Below are positions 28,834-38,748 of a DNA stretch of 64,000 bases, one piece after another (positions within the stretch are counted from its first letter, which is position 1; every line of letters begins with the position of its first letter). Made by a program: the position numbers and the translations under genes. The stretch covers positions 1 to 64,000 of IMG/VR virus record IMGVR_UViG_3300040801_002079; one strand, given 5' to 3'. The notes under the pieces are model-generated. The model saw only the letters and a program-made list of their open reading frames with translations, did not search any database and had not been told where the DNA came from.

Positions 28834-30157
28834 TGTTTTAAATCTGATAAACGAATTAAAGTCCAATTCTGGAAAAAATGCTAAAATTGAAATTCTTTCA
28901 AAATATGCAGATGATGAATTGGTAAAGGGTGTATTCGATGCTGCAATGAACCCATACAGGGTTTATGGTATAAAGCAACTACCGGATATAGATCGAAATA
29001 CAGGAGATTACACTTTAAATGATTTTTTAATGAACTTAACACGCTTTGAAGAGCGCATTGTTACCGGAAATGAAGCCAAACATGTTCTAAAGACACTCTT
29101 AGAGGGATTATCGCCCGATGATGCCGAAGTAGCAAAATTGATAATTTTAAAAGATTTAAACTGTGGCACCGGCCCATCTATTGTTAATTCAGCTATACCT
29201 AAATTAATTCCAGTCTATCCATGCATGAAAGCTTCGTCACAATCTGAGAAGTCAATGCAGAAGATTAATTATCCAGCTATTTCTCAAATTAAAGCCGATG
29301 GAATGCGGGCTAACCTAATTTTAACCAAGCGATCTATTGAATTTCGTGGACGATCTGGAAAAGTTATTGACCTTCTTGATTCTTTTTCAGATATTGAATT
29401 TCCGATATATGTATCAACAACGGGAGCCATGCTTGATGGTGAACTAAGAGTGTTGAATGATGATGGAACATGGATGAGCAGAAAGAAAGGTAATGGTATT
29501 TTAAATAAAGCCATTAAGGGTACAATTTCAGAGGAGGAAGTAAAAAATGTTAGATTTATAGCATGGGACCTAATTCCGTGGTCAGAATTTACGTCCCCCG
29601 TAAAAAAAGCCGATGAAAACGCTATGCCGTATATGTCTAGATGGAAATTATTGGAGCAGACACTAAAAGATGTTAATGATGATCGTATGCAACTAATTGA
29701 AAGTGTAAAGGTTGAGAATGAAGAAGAAGCGTTTGAACATTATCGTCAAGCTCGTAAAAATGGAGAGGAAGGTGTAATTATTAAAAACATTGACCATCCA
29801 TGGGAGGATAGACGTTCCCCGTATATGGTTAAAATGAAAGCTATTGAAGATTGTGATCTTGAAATAGTTGGGTGGAACCCCGGTAAAGTCGGAAGTAAAT
29901 GGGAGAATAAGTTGGGCAGTATCGTTTGTGCGTCAAAGGATCGAAGGGTTGAAGTTTCGATTTCGGGCCTGTCTGACGAATTGCGCGAGGAAATTTTTGA
30001 AAATATAGATAATTATATGGGACGGATTGTTGCAGTTGAATATAATGAACGCATTAGTGATAAATCTCGTCCTGATGTTGACAGTCTTTTCTCTCCCAGA
30101 TTCCTAGAGTTAAGAGAAGATAAAGACGTTGCAGATAACTCGGAGGATATAAAATGA
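28826..30157 (+). CDS. ATP-dependent DNA ligase (T4 gp30-like)
   Basis: KADG motif I, LDGEL, AWD, EGVIIK, KMK, C-terminal OB fold SLFSPRF. Confidence 0.92.
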   Translation: MTNVLNLINELKSNSGKNAKIEILSKYADDELVKGVFDAAMNPYRVYGIKQLPDIDRNTGDYTLNDFLMNLTRFEERIVTGNEAKHVLKTLLEGLSPDDAEVAKLIILKDLNCGTGPSIVNSAIPKLIPVYPCMKASSQSEKSMQKINYPAISQIKADGMRANLILTKRSIEFRGRSGKVIDLLDSFSDIEFPIYVSTTGAMLDGELRVLNDDGTWMSRKKGNGILNKAIKGTISEEEVKNVRFIAWDLIPWSEFTSPVKKADENAMPYMSRWKLLEQTLKDVNDDRMQLIESVKVENEEEAFEHYRQARKNGEEGVIIKNIDHPWEDRRSPYMVKMKAIEDCDLEIVGWNPGKVGSKWENKLGSIVCASKDRRVEVSISGLSDELREEIFENIDNYMGRIVAVEYNERISDKSRPDVDSLFSPRFLELREDKDVADNSEDIK

Positions 30158-30411
30158 AAATCAAATTTAGTGACACTACCACAGATGGTACCACTTTTGA
30201 AATTGAAGATACCATCATTACTAATGATTCTGGAACTATCACATATAAAGAGGGTAAGCTGCCAGATGTTTGGGACTCTATCCCGCACGGGAGTCAATGT
30301 ATGCATGATAATTGCCCCGAATGTGGTGGAACTGGAATAAAAAGGAACGGGGGAGGCACATGCATTCACATGATAAGCTGCCCTTGTCCCAAATGTACTC
30401 CGTGGTGCTAA
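30154..30411 (+). CDS. Small Cys-rich Zn-binding protein
   Basis: CMHDNCPECGGTG...CIHMISCPCPKC. Confidence 0.6.
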   Translation: MKIKFSDTTTDGTTFEIEDTIITNDSGTITYKEGKLPDVWDSIPHGSQCMHDNCPECGGTGIKRNGGGTCIHMISCPCPKCTPWC

Positions 30412-30413
30412 AA

Positions 30414-31094
30414 ATGAAATATATTGATAAAGTTAAAAAACGAATAAAGAAAGATGAATTTGGTGGTGTATTCACAAGCTATCAAATTATTGAAGATTGT
30501 GGCTTCGTTGATTTTTTATTTATTGGATCATACAAAGATAAAGAGGTTGTATGGAATGCAACTTTAACTACAGCAAGGGGCGACTATTACGAAGAGGTAT
30601 TCCTGAAGGCACAAGATGAGGGCTATGAAAAATTCCCAACTCCTTATGATATTTCATTTGAGGATTATTTTGTTAAGACTGATAATCCCAAATATAGTGA
30701 ATTTCGTTCGCCAGTTCCTGAATTAGACGATAAACGCCATCGGTGGATATCAGAAAGAACCCTTCAATTATTAAATGAAAAGAGTATTAGTATAAAAGCA
30801 TGGAATATTGAAATTGATGAAAGTTATGAATACGGGGTTGGCCTACATGCTAGGGTAGATATTCCTACCATTAATGTAGATGATGTTTTTGATTTTATAA
30901 AAAAATTCAATAATATGGGACCGACCATGTTTGATGATAATGATGATGTAATATGCATGAATGCTAATGAACTTGGAGTTGAATTAAAGCCTGATAATAA
31001 ATTTATTTCATGGACTGAACCATTTTCGCCCAATACGGTTGCACTAAGTGATAAATTCTTAGAGGAAAATCCATATGAAATTGACGAACTATAG
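30414..31094 (+). CDS. Hypothetical protein
   Basis: Start trimmed to MKYIDK. Confidence 0.55.
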   Translation: MKYIDKVKKRIKKDEFGGVFTSYQIIEDCGFVDFLFIGSYKDKEVVWNATLTTARGDYYEEVFLKAQDEGYEKFPTPYDISFEDYFVKTDNPKYSEFRSPVPELDDKRHRWISERTLQLLNEKSISIKAWNIEIDESYEYGVGLHARVDIPTINVDDVFDFIKKFNNMGPTMFDDNDDVICMNANELGVELKPDNKFISWTEPFSPNTVALSDKFLEENPYEIDEL

Positions 31095-31653
31095 ATACCT
31101 AGCAGTGATAGATTTTGAGGCAACATGTGATGATAATCGAAAACGTTTGCCTAGAAATGAAATGGAGATAATAGAAATCGGGGCAGCTATTGTTGAAATT
31201 GACACTATAAAAACAATATCCGAATTCAACTCATTTATCCGTCCAGTTAGACATCCAATATTGAGTAATTTTTGTAAAGACCTGACAACAATTACACAAA
31301 AGGACGTAGATTCAGCCAATACATTTCCCATAGTGTTGGAGCATTTCAATAATTGGCTGTCATCTTTTATTAATGATGGTGTTGTGTTTTCTTCATGGGG
31401 CGGCTATGACAAACACCAATTATTACAAGATTGTGAGTTTCATAATGAGGTATATCCATTTAACTCGGACCACCTCAACCTGAAAACACACTTTTCGTTA
31501 ATGCTAAATCAAAGGAAGCAATACGGTATGGCAAAAGCATTGAGAGTAGTAAACCTTCCCATGGAAGGAACACACCATCGGGGAATAGATGATGTAAAAA
31601 ATATAGTTAAATTGCTTCCATATATTATAGTTGAAAATCCATATCTTTCATGA
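31075..31653 (+). CDS. DEDDh 3'-5' exonuclease (ERI1/KapD-like)
   Basis: IDFEATC, EIIEIGA, SWGGYD, HHRGIDD. Confidence 0.88.
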   Translation: MKLTNYRYLAVIDFEATCDDNRKRLPRNEMEIIEIGAAIVEIDTIKTISEFNSFIRPVRHPILSNFCKDLTTITQKDVDSANTFPIVLEHFNNWLSSFINDGVVFSSWGGYDKHQLLQDCEFHNEVYPFNSDHLNLKTHFSLMLNQRKQYGMAKALRVVNLPMEGTHHRGIDDVKNIVKLLPYIIVENPYLS

Positions 31654-31665
31654 TATAATGCAGTT

Positions 31666-31920
31666 ATGAAAAAATTAATAGTGCTTGCAATTTCCGTCAT
31701 ACTTTCAGGCTGTGCATTACCTCAACCGGTTCCCCAATGGGCCGTAGAAAGCTGCCTAAGGGCACACGGCAAGCCCGTGTTTACATCTGATGCCTTTGGA
31801 AGTCAGAGGTATGAGTGTATTATTAACGATGGAAGAAATTCACTTAATGCACGATATTTCAATGATTCAAGTATGGTAGAAGGCACCCCTCCTCCACCTC
31901 CTGAGGACAGTGAGGAATAA
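31666..31920 (+). CDS. Putative lipoprotein
   Basis: MKK, hydrophobic stretch, LSGC lipobox. Confidence 0.6.
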   Translation: MKKLIVLAISVILSGCALPQPVPQWAVESCLRAHGKPVFTSDAFGSQRYECIINDGRNSLNARYFNDSSMVEGTPPPPPEDSEE

Positions 31921-31922
31921 TA

Positions 31923-32512
31923 ATGGGATGGGGGTTTGCCAGAGAAACGATACATAAAGCGCAAAAGGAATATTATTGCGAGGCATGGAATTATTGGATA
32001 CGAGATTCTCTTGAATATATCGAAGATGAGCTTACCCCCGAAGAGCGAATGCTGGTGGAAAATTTAAAATCTACAGGGGGAAAAATAAACAAAGGTGACC
32101 TTTATTTGCGAGTCACTGGAGTCTATGATGGAGAATGGGGAAAATTCATTGCTATACCAGAAGCCGATGAATTGGCTAAAAATTACGACCTTTATCAGGA
32201 ATAATTATTATGAAAGATTCTACTAGAAAAATTTTAATAACTTTTGGTGCAATGTATATCATATTAGGTGCAATTTGGGGTGCAAGTATGATTGGAAATG
32301 ATGTTGAAGCAGCAAGTGTGCCTGCAAATAATGCTGAGCCATTGGGAAGTCCTCTGGGTATGCAACAATATGAAATAAGAATTTCGGGAGAAAGAAATCC
32401 AGTAAAGGTTGTAGAATTTATTAATAGGCGGGGGAATAAATGCATGATGGCATATGCAACCCCTCGCGTTGACACACTGCAAATTGAACTTTCATGTGAT
32501 TACAATAAATAA
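31923..32512 (+). CDS. Two small hypothetical ORFs (31923..32204; 32210..32512, membrane-anchored)
   Basis: Tightly packed ORFs with RBS. Confidence 0.55.
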
Positions 32513-32592
32513 TATGGATATGAAAATTTGCGATATGAAATGGAGGTGCGCCATGCTTAGTATGCATTAGATAACTAAAGGAGCTACTAAGT

Positions 32593-33234
32593 ATGACAAA
32601 CTACACAATCTTTCGTCTCTTCGATTACGAGACCGGTTCTTATATTGGGCCAGAATTTCAGTGCATTAAACAATTCTTCAAGTATCACATCAACAAAAGT
32701 TTACCACCATATGATTGGTGTGATTGGAGATATATTAACCAATTAAAACCCGTATATATTGTATATTCGCCCTTTTACGATAGACTCTTTGGAAAAATTC
32801 GTGAACACCGCCTTGAGTTTCCTCCCAGACGAGAGGGTATGTTTTTAGATAGATACGCTATCAAAAATGAATACGGGAAAAATTACAAAGACCCCGATGA
32901 ATTATTTAGGTTAGCACTTCGACAGGGCTTATTTAAAACTAATCGCAAACATTATAACTATGATTGCGAAGACCCCTTAGTTCATTTGCCCAAAAATAAC
33001 ATTAACAAAAGAAAGAGAGAAACATGGGGATGGTGGTATCGTAAATTCTCTACTGCAAATGAGCATCGTCAAAATGAAGCATGTATAGCGGATCATGGTG
33101 AAATTCTGGTAAGACCAAAACGCAGAAGGGGGAATCTCCCGACTTCATGGGATGACTTACCCAACAGTGCATGGGATACTCGCAAAAGCTGGAAACACAA
33201 TTCCAAGAGAAGGCATCAATGGAAAAATAAATAG
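32593..33234 (+). CDS. Basic Trp-rich hypothetical protein
   Basis: C-terminal RPKRRRGNLPTSWDD...SWKHNSKRRHQWK; AAGGAG RBS. Confidence 0.65.
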   Translation: MTNYTIFRLFDYETGSYIGPEFQCIKQFFKYHINKSLPPYDWCDWRYINQLKPVYIVYSPFYDRLFGKIREHRLEFPPRREGMFLDRYAIKNEYGKNYKDPDELFRLALRQGLFKTNRKHYNYDCEDPLVHLPKNNINKRKRETWGWWYRKFSTANEHRQNEACIADHGEILVRPKRRRGNLPTSWDDLPNSAWDTRKSWKHNSKRRHQWKNK

Positions 33235-33269
33235 TTGCAATAAATTACTTTCCATGGTATTATTTCAAT

Positions 33270-34885
33270 ATGGATAGGCTAAATAGACTTTTAGGTATAA
33301 TCATTATATTCTTAGTTGGAATTTATGTTGGACTATGGATATCTCCCCTGAAACATTCAAGCATGTCTGCCGAAGACTATCAGGAAGGATACGAATTATT
33401 AGCTCAATCTAAGGTTGAACTACAGCGGTCCATATTGTATTTTTATATGAACAATTATTGTGAAGCTGGGACATCTAGAGTAATTGATCTTATGTATCAC
33501 GGCACAAAATTTCAAGGGGTTTTTTGTGACAAGGATACTATACTATTATTACAGGATCAGTTCCCTCCCCTGCCGTTTTTTATTTTAGATTTAACTATTG
33601 AGGAGAATGATGACAACACATAGCCCCTTAAAACGAGCAAGCATTATATTCATGATTGTATTTTTTGCAGTATCCGTGATTGTTTTTATTATATGGTCCC
33701 TCTTTGCATATTGGGGATCACGACCCAAACCTGTCACATATGTTATACAGGATGTTAAACCTAATACGGGGCATATGATGGATATATGTGATACCCCAAA
33801 TATCACAGTTTTAGAAAATGCTGTAACTGGACAAATACAATATAAATGTGGTAATTTAGGAAAAACAAACGAAGTTATTACATTCTATGAATAAATAGTA
33901 CCGAGGATTTTACCAATGTTTGATGACTATCTTAAAACTCAAAACCGCATATTTATGATTTTCAATATCATTATTTCAACATCTGCTACAACTCTTGCGG
34001 CATTTTTAATACTTGAGGGTCACATGTTGCTGGCATTTTTAGAATTTTGTATAGCCATTGCAGTCTGTTCCGGGCTTATAGGTTTAGCCCATCGAAACAA
34101 AGACTTCATGAAAAAGTGGAATGCCATGAACAGCGTTGAATATGGATCATACGATCTTGATGATGCGGAAGATATGAGCAATCGGGGCATTGGTAACCTC
34201 TCCTTCGACTTTAAAAAGCCCTCTGAGTAAAGCACATGTCTAAAATAAAAGGGTCTACTTATGAAATCCTTTTCAGAAGTGGGGCTACACTAATACTTGA
34301 AAATGTTAAGGATGTAAATTTGGAATTCGAAAATAGGCGGATTTCAAAATTTAATGTCTCTGGCACACCAACAGGGGATGCCCTAAAATTTATTAACATT
34401 GGCGAAATTGTAGCCGTAAATAAAAAAGGACGGAAGCGCGGAATATGGAAACGGTAACCGAGCATAAGCAACTAAAGAAAGATGAGTTTATTAAAATCGT
34501 TCAGATAACGGGTCCAGTTGTTGATCGGCTATCTGTTACTGGACAAGTTGTTAATGTCAATAAAGAATTTTTTGAAGTTCAAACATTCGATGGAATCATG
34601 GGACTTTCTTTAACCAATGATGATTATAAATTTGAAATAAGCAAATTAAAAAGAAAACCATCGGGATGGGATAAATTTATGAAGGACCCATCTAAATTCC
34701 ACGAAACTGAAAAGGACGCTGCCCCAGTGGTTAATAAACGTGTTCAGGTATTTAAGATTGTAAAGAATAATCCGCGTAAAAAACTAGATTCTCTATTAAA
34801 GCAGGCACAGGAAGAAGTTGGTGGTGATGCATCCGTTTTGAAAAAATATGTAGAAATGGGTATTATTAAGTTTAGAGGGGCTTAA
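33270..34885 (+). CDS. Five small hypothetical ORFs (33270, 33598, 33916, 34236, 34445), first three with hydrophobic segments
   Basis: Contiguous same-strand ORFs. Confidence 0.55.
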
Positions 34886-35570
34886 CCCATTCCAATAATG
34901 GAACTTGATTTATTTTAACTTCAGCGGCTATACATGCTTCGCCACCATCATTAAATAATTTTTCAAAATCTCTAAATTTTATATAGGCATGACCACGATC
35001 ACCCCAATTTAATCCCCATGAATTCTTTATTCTGAAATATTCACGATTAACATCGACTCCATTGAGAATATAGGCATGACCTCCCATTCTTCTACCCTTA
35101 GGGCGAATAAGTCCCTTATTATTAGGCTCTTGCATTTTATCATACCATTTGGTGCCCACAACCATTGGCCCAATTGTCAGTAATGTCATTATAATTTCAT
35201 CGATATTAAATGCCCATCGATACTCTGTTATAACACCAGTATCCTTTAGAACCCTAGCTCCAGCCCGTACACTGGTTCCAGAATAGTTTTCTCCGGGCCA
35301 TTGATCAACCAGTTGGCATGTCTTGTAAAACTCTCTAGGATCAAACAGGGGACGTTTTCTATCGGGGATAGAGTCCTGTATCACTGGACCGTCTTCAATC
35401 CAGTGTGACCACGAGTATGCAACACAATGGGATGTTGTACCCTGATCGCCCCACCATCCATTTGCCCACCAGAACTTTTCAGTTATTCGTGGCGCACTCA
35501 TTAAGAATGATGATATACCATAATTTAAATCTCTGTGATCCTGTACTTCTAGTCTACCAAAACTTCTCAT
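34872..35570 (-). CDS. Papain-like (C1) cysteine peptidase
   Basis: DQGTTSHCVAYS (oxyanion Q, catalytic C), GGHAY (H), KNSWG (N). Confidence 0.85.
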   Translation of the reverse strand: MRSFGRLEVQDHRDLNYGISSFLMSAPRITEKFWWANGWWGDQGTTSHCVAYSWSHWIEDGPVIQDSIPDRKRPLFDPREFYKTCQLVDQWPGENYSGTSVRAGARVLKDTGVITEYRWAFNIDEIIMTLLTIGPMVVGTKWYDKMQEPNNKGLIRPKGRRMGGHAYILNGVDVNREYFRIKNSWGLNWGDRGHAYIKFRDFEKLFNDGGEACIAAEVKINQVPLLEWVKPL

Positions 35571-36190
35571 TTGTAATTTGACCCATATTTCTTTAAATGT
35601 AAATCTATACCCTTTTCATGATTTATGCGTATAATGTCCATCAAATCATCGAAATCATCTGGCAATGATAATGCTTCCATTCTATAAGTTTTTAAAGGCA
35701 GTTTTTCATCATCAAATAAAAACTTTAAATATTCTTTTGGTAATATTGGCTCATATGCTACAAAAACTTGAGGGTATCTACTTTGTAGACCATATGCTGC
35801 ACTAAACCGAGTCATTATAATTTCCCGAAGTGTGCCATTTGTTCCCGTATTAGGAACAAGGGATTCCAAACGCTGAATATATGGATATAATTTCCGATAA
35901 GCTGCCTTCTTGCTGGTAACATCTTTCCAATATGGCAACGATAGACATCTCATTATAATAATCGCAAGCTTTTGTTTTAATTCATCATTTATAAAGTCTA
36001 AACTTTCTGGAGATATTGTTGTTATTTTATTAACAGAGGTTGCGGTGAGGCTTACCGCATTTTTCCTGCGATTTTTCCCTCGCTTTTTCCATTCTTTATA
36101 AGTTTGATTGATGGACCTAATAGCATACAGAACCTCTCGGTGGGCCTGCTTTTGAGTCTCCAATAAAACAAAATCTTTAAATAATTCCAT
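35567..36190 (-). CDS. Hypothetical late protein
   Basis: Start trimmed to MELFKDFVLLE, 5 nt after GATAAATA. Confidence 0.6.
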   Translation of the reverse strand: MELFKDFVLLETQKQAHREVLYAIRSINQTYKEWKKRGKNRRKNAVSLTATSVNKITTISPESLDFINDELKQKLAIIIMRCLSLPYWKDVTSKKAAYRKLYPYIQRLESLVPNTGTNGTLREIIMTRFSAAYGLQSRYPQVFVAYEPILPKEYLKFLFDDEKLPLKTYRMEALSLPDDFDDLMDIIRINHEKGIDLHLKKYGSNYK

Positions 36191-36225
36191 AAATATATTT
36201 ATCAATAAATGGATGAGGTAAAACC

Positions 36226-36495
36226 ATGAATCTAAAAGAGGAACGATCAACAAACATTATGCGTATTGTTTCGGCACTATATAAGTCAGATGCAATTGAT
36301 GAAGTTTTGGATGTTAGGGGAATGTCGGACGGTTTTACCGTTTTTGTGCGAGGATCAGACGGCAACGCATATGAAATTGAAATCCGCCCAGCATCTCACG
36401 CTAAGGGTCATGAAGAAATTCGCAAGGCCGATAAGTATGTTGAAAGAAAGGCTAAGCGCAAAGATGCCCTTCGCAAAAATATGGGCTTAAATTAA
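36226..36495 (+). CDS. Hypothetical protein
   Basis: GAGG RBS, 89 aa. Confidence 0.55.
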   Translation: MNLKEERSTNIMRIVSALYKSDAIDEVLDVRGMSDGFTVFVRGSDGNAYEIEIRPASHAKGHEEIRKADKYVERKAKRKDALRKNMGLN

Positions 36496-38288
36496 TCTCG
36501 AACTAATGAAATTGTATTATCAAATCCGGTATCTTTATTGACCGTTCCGGTAATAACGCCAGATTTATAATACGGCGCAGACGAACTTTTTCTCGCCCTA
36601 CCGGTTACAGGCTGATTGGCTGCAAATGTATAAGAGGCTGTAATTTCACCATTGACATCAGTTAACCCCTCTAATATCAAAAAGGTTGAAGTTATGGTTC
36701 CGGTAGCAGGGGTGGTGGGGGTTCCTACCACGGTAAACGAATATGAATTTGCATCAATAACCGTAATTTGTTTAACGCCTGTATATTCATTCTGATCTGC
36801 TCCATTAATTTCAACTTTATCATTTGTAGCTAACCCATGGGCAGTATGAGAAACTGTCGCAGTTGTTCCAGAGCGAGTTATTGTAACCGTATCTTGATAT
36901 GGGTAGTTTGTCCCATCTGCAACAGAAAGTAACACTCTCACGTTTTGTATAGGTAACCCCGTTGTAACATCTAAAGTTTTAATGGTTGAAGCTACTGGAT
37001 TCTGTACAATATTGATGGTTGCCCCCGCGCTCTTATATGAAACAGTGCCACTACCACCAATAATGTTAACAGTTATTGTTCCTGATGTATCGGCAAAGTA
37101 TAAAGTTGAATCAGTCTGCCCGTTTGTTGCATTATATCCGGAAAAATCAATATCTCTTAATGTAATAGATGATGGAATGCTTGCCCCAAACTCAATAGCG
37201 TGAGTCGAAGCTACCCCTTTTGTTATTGAACAACCATCCAATTCACCATCCGGATCAGACGTTTCATTATAATAAATTGCTCCAGTATCAGCAGTTCCTT
37301 CATAATTGATAATAGATGAATTTCTAATATCGGCCCCGGCTGGGGTTATCACGCCACAATCATCATACGCATTACCGGTATTTGTTTGTCCACTTGCGTA
37401 TGTAATGGTTGAAGCTCGTCTAATAGTATTATTGGTGATTGAAACTGTGGGCGCTGTATCGGAAAAGTCCATAACAAATCTGGTAGTATCTCCCGTTCCG
37501 TTGGCCCGCAATACACAGCTATTTATTATGAAATTACATCCCGATCCCTGAGCACTTAGATCATAAAGTCCTGAACTGATACTCAATGCTCCCGGTGTAT
37601 CACGAAAAACGATGACCTCACTGTCGGCTTCAAAATAGGTCGTGGTCGCACCGTTTCCCATTTGAATAGTTCCCGTGCAAAAATATACATCGAAGCTTCG
37701 CTCCACAATACCATAAGCAGAAGCTCTGTCAGTTGCAGCAATATCTGCCATTGTGATTTTATCACCAGATGTTCCTCCGGTCATATAGTAGCCGTCCATG
37801 TAGCGCATAACGTCCATCCACATGTTGACCACGTTTTTAGCATTAGACGAATGACCGGCTTCAATACCCCAACGATCTACGTTTGCCAGTGTGACCCCGG
37901 TAAAATCGTCCATGTCCTGCCAGAAATAAAACCAACCACCGGGATAGGTATCGGAACCAAAAAGAGCTAGACCGTTAGATTGGGAAGTTCCATCAAAACA
38001 CCAGAGTTTATAGGGATCGGTAGCTTCTGGTGCCATATATGCAAGGTTAGTAGTGTTAACCCACCCGCGAAGAACCTTTCCCACTGCCGTTACGGGAGCG
38101 CCACCCGCATCGTAATATGAGTCCTCACCATCATTACGTGTAACACCAGACATTGAAGCTGTACCTTCAACCTTGATGTCGGTATCGGCGCTAGTCAGGT
38201 TTGACCATCCACTGTTGGTGTCAGCATCCGTAAGAACACCATCAGTGAGGCCACCAGCGTTAATTAATGTGAATGTGGGTGTTGCCAT
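36492..38288 (-). CDS. Virion structural/fibre protein (beta-rich)
   Basis: TATAAATA upstream; Thr/Gly-rich; TAHGLATNDKVEI module. Confidence 0.6.
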   Translation of the reverse strand: MATPTFTLINAGGLTDGVLTDADTNSGWSNLTSADTDIKVEGTASMSGVTRNDGEDSYYDAGGAPVTAVGKVLRGWVNTTNLAYMAPEATDPYKLWCFDGTSQSNGLALFGSDTYPGGWFYFWQDMDDFTGVTLANVDRWGIEAGHSSNAKNVVNMWMDVMRYMDGYYMTGGTSGDKITMADIAATDRASAYGIVERSFDVYFCTGTIQMGNGATTTYFEADSEVIVFRDTPGALSISSGLYDLSAQGSGCNFIINSCVLRANGTGDTTRFVMDFSDTAPTVSITNNTIRRASTITYASGQTNTGNAYDDCGVITPAGADIRNSSIINYEGTADTGAIYYNETSDPDGELDGCSITKGVASTHAIEFGASIPSSITLRDIDFSGYNATNGQTDSTLYFADTSGTITVNIIGGSGTVSYKSAGATINIVQNPVASTIKTLDVTTGLPIQNVRVLLSVADGTNYPYQDTVTITRSGTTATVSHTAHGLATNDKVEINGADQNEYTGVKQITVIDANSYSFTVVGTPTTPATGTITSTFLILEGLTDVNGEITASYTFAANQPVTGRARKSSSAPYYKSGVITGTVNKDTGFDNTISLVRD

Positions 38289-38326
38289 TTAATCCCTATA
38301 AAGTTGTTTACTATATACTATTTATA

Positions 38327-38356
38327 AAAAAAGCCAGCAATGATGCTGGCCTTTTA
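38327..38356 (-). terminator. Intrinsic terminator
   Basis: GCCAGCA stem with A7 tail on + (U tract on -). Confidence 0.7.
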
Positions 38357-38376
38357 TTTATTCCATTAGTTAGTGT

Positions 38377-38643
38377 TTAAACTTCTGGATCGGGTTCTTC
38401 GACTTCCTCAACCTCAACTTCTTCGACCTCATCATCTTCTCCGCGCTTAGCTTTCATTTCTTCCCTATGGGCTTCAACTTCATCCATATGTGCTTCCTTT
38501 CTGGCATCCCGCTCGGCTTTGCGTTCTGCTTTCATTGCTTCACGCTCTGCTTTACGAGCTTCTTGATCTTTGTGACGATTTTCAACAGCCTTTTCGTTAG
38601 CTTTTTCGGGTAAGTCTTTAAACTCTTTCTCTGGTTTTGCCAT
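38377..38643 (-). CDS. Small highly charged late protein
   Basis: GGAGG RBS, GATAAATA upstream; E/K/R-rich. Confidence 0.6.
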   Translation of the reverse strand: MAKPEKEFKDLPEKANEKAVENRHKDQEARKAEREAMKAERKAERDARKEAHMDEVEAHREEMKAKRGEDDEVEEVEVEEVEEPDPEV

Positions 38644-38711
38644 GGTAATTTCCTCCGTAGTAGATAGCAAAAATTCCCCTTGAAGCACTCTAATATATTT
38701 ATCCGTATAAT

Positions 38712-38738
38712 AAAAAAGCCCCGATTTCTCGGGGCTTT
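38712..38738 (-). terminator. Intrinsic terminator of the TROVE/vWA gene
   Basis: AAAGCCCCGA/TCGGGGCTTT stem with U tract on - strand. Confidence 0.8.
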
Positions 38739-38748
38739 CGTTTGCCCA

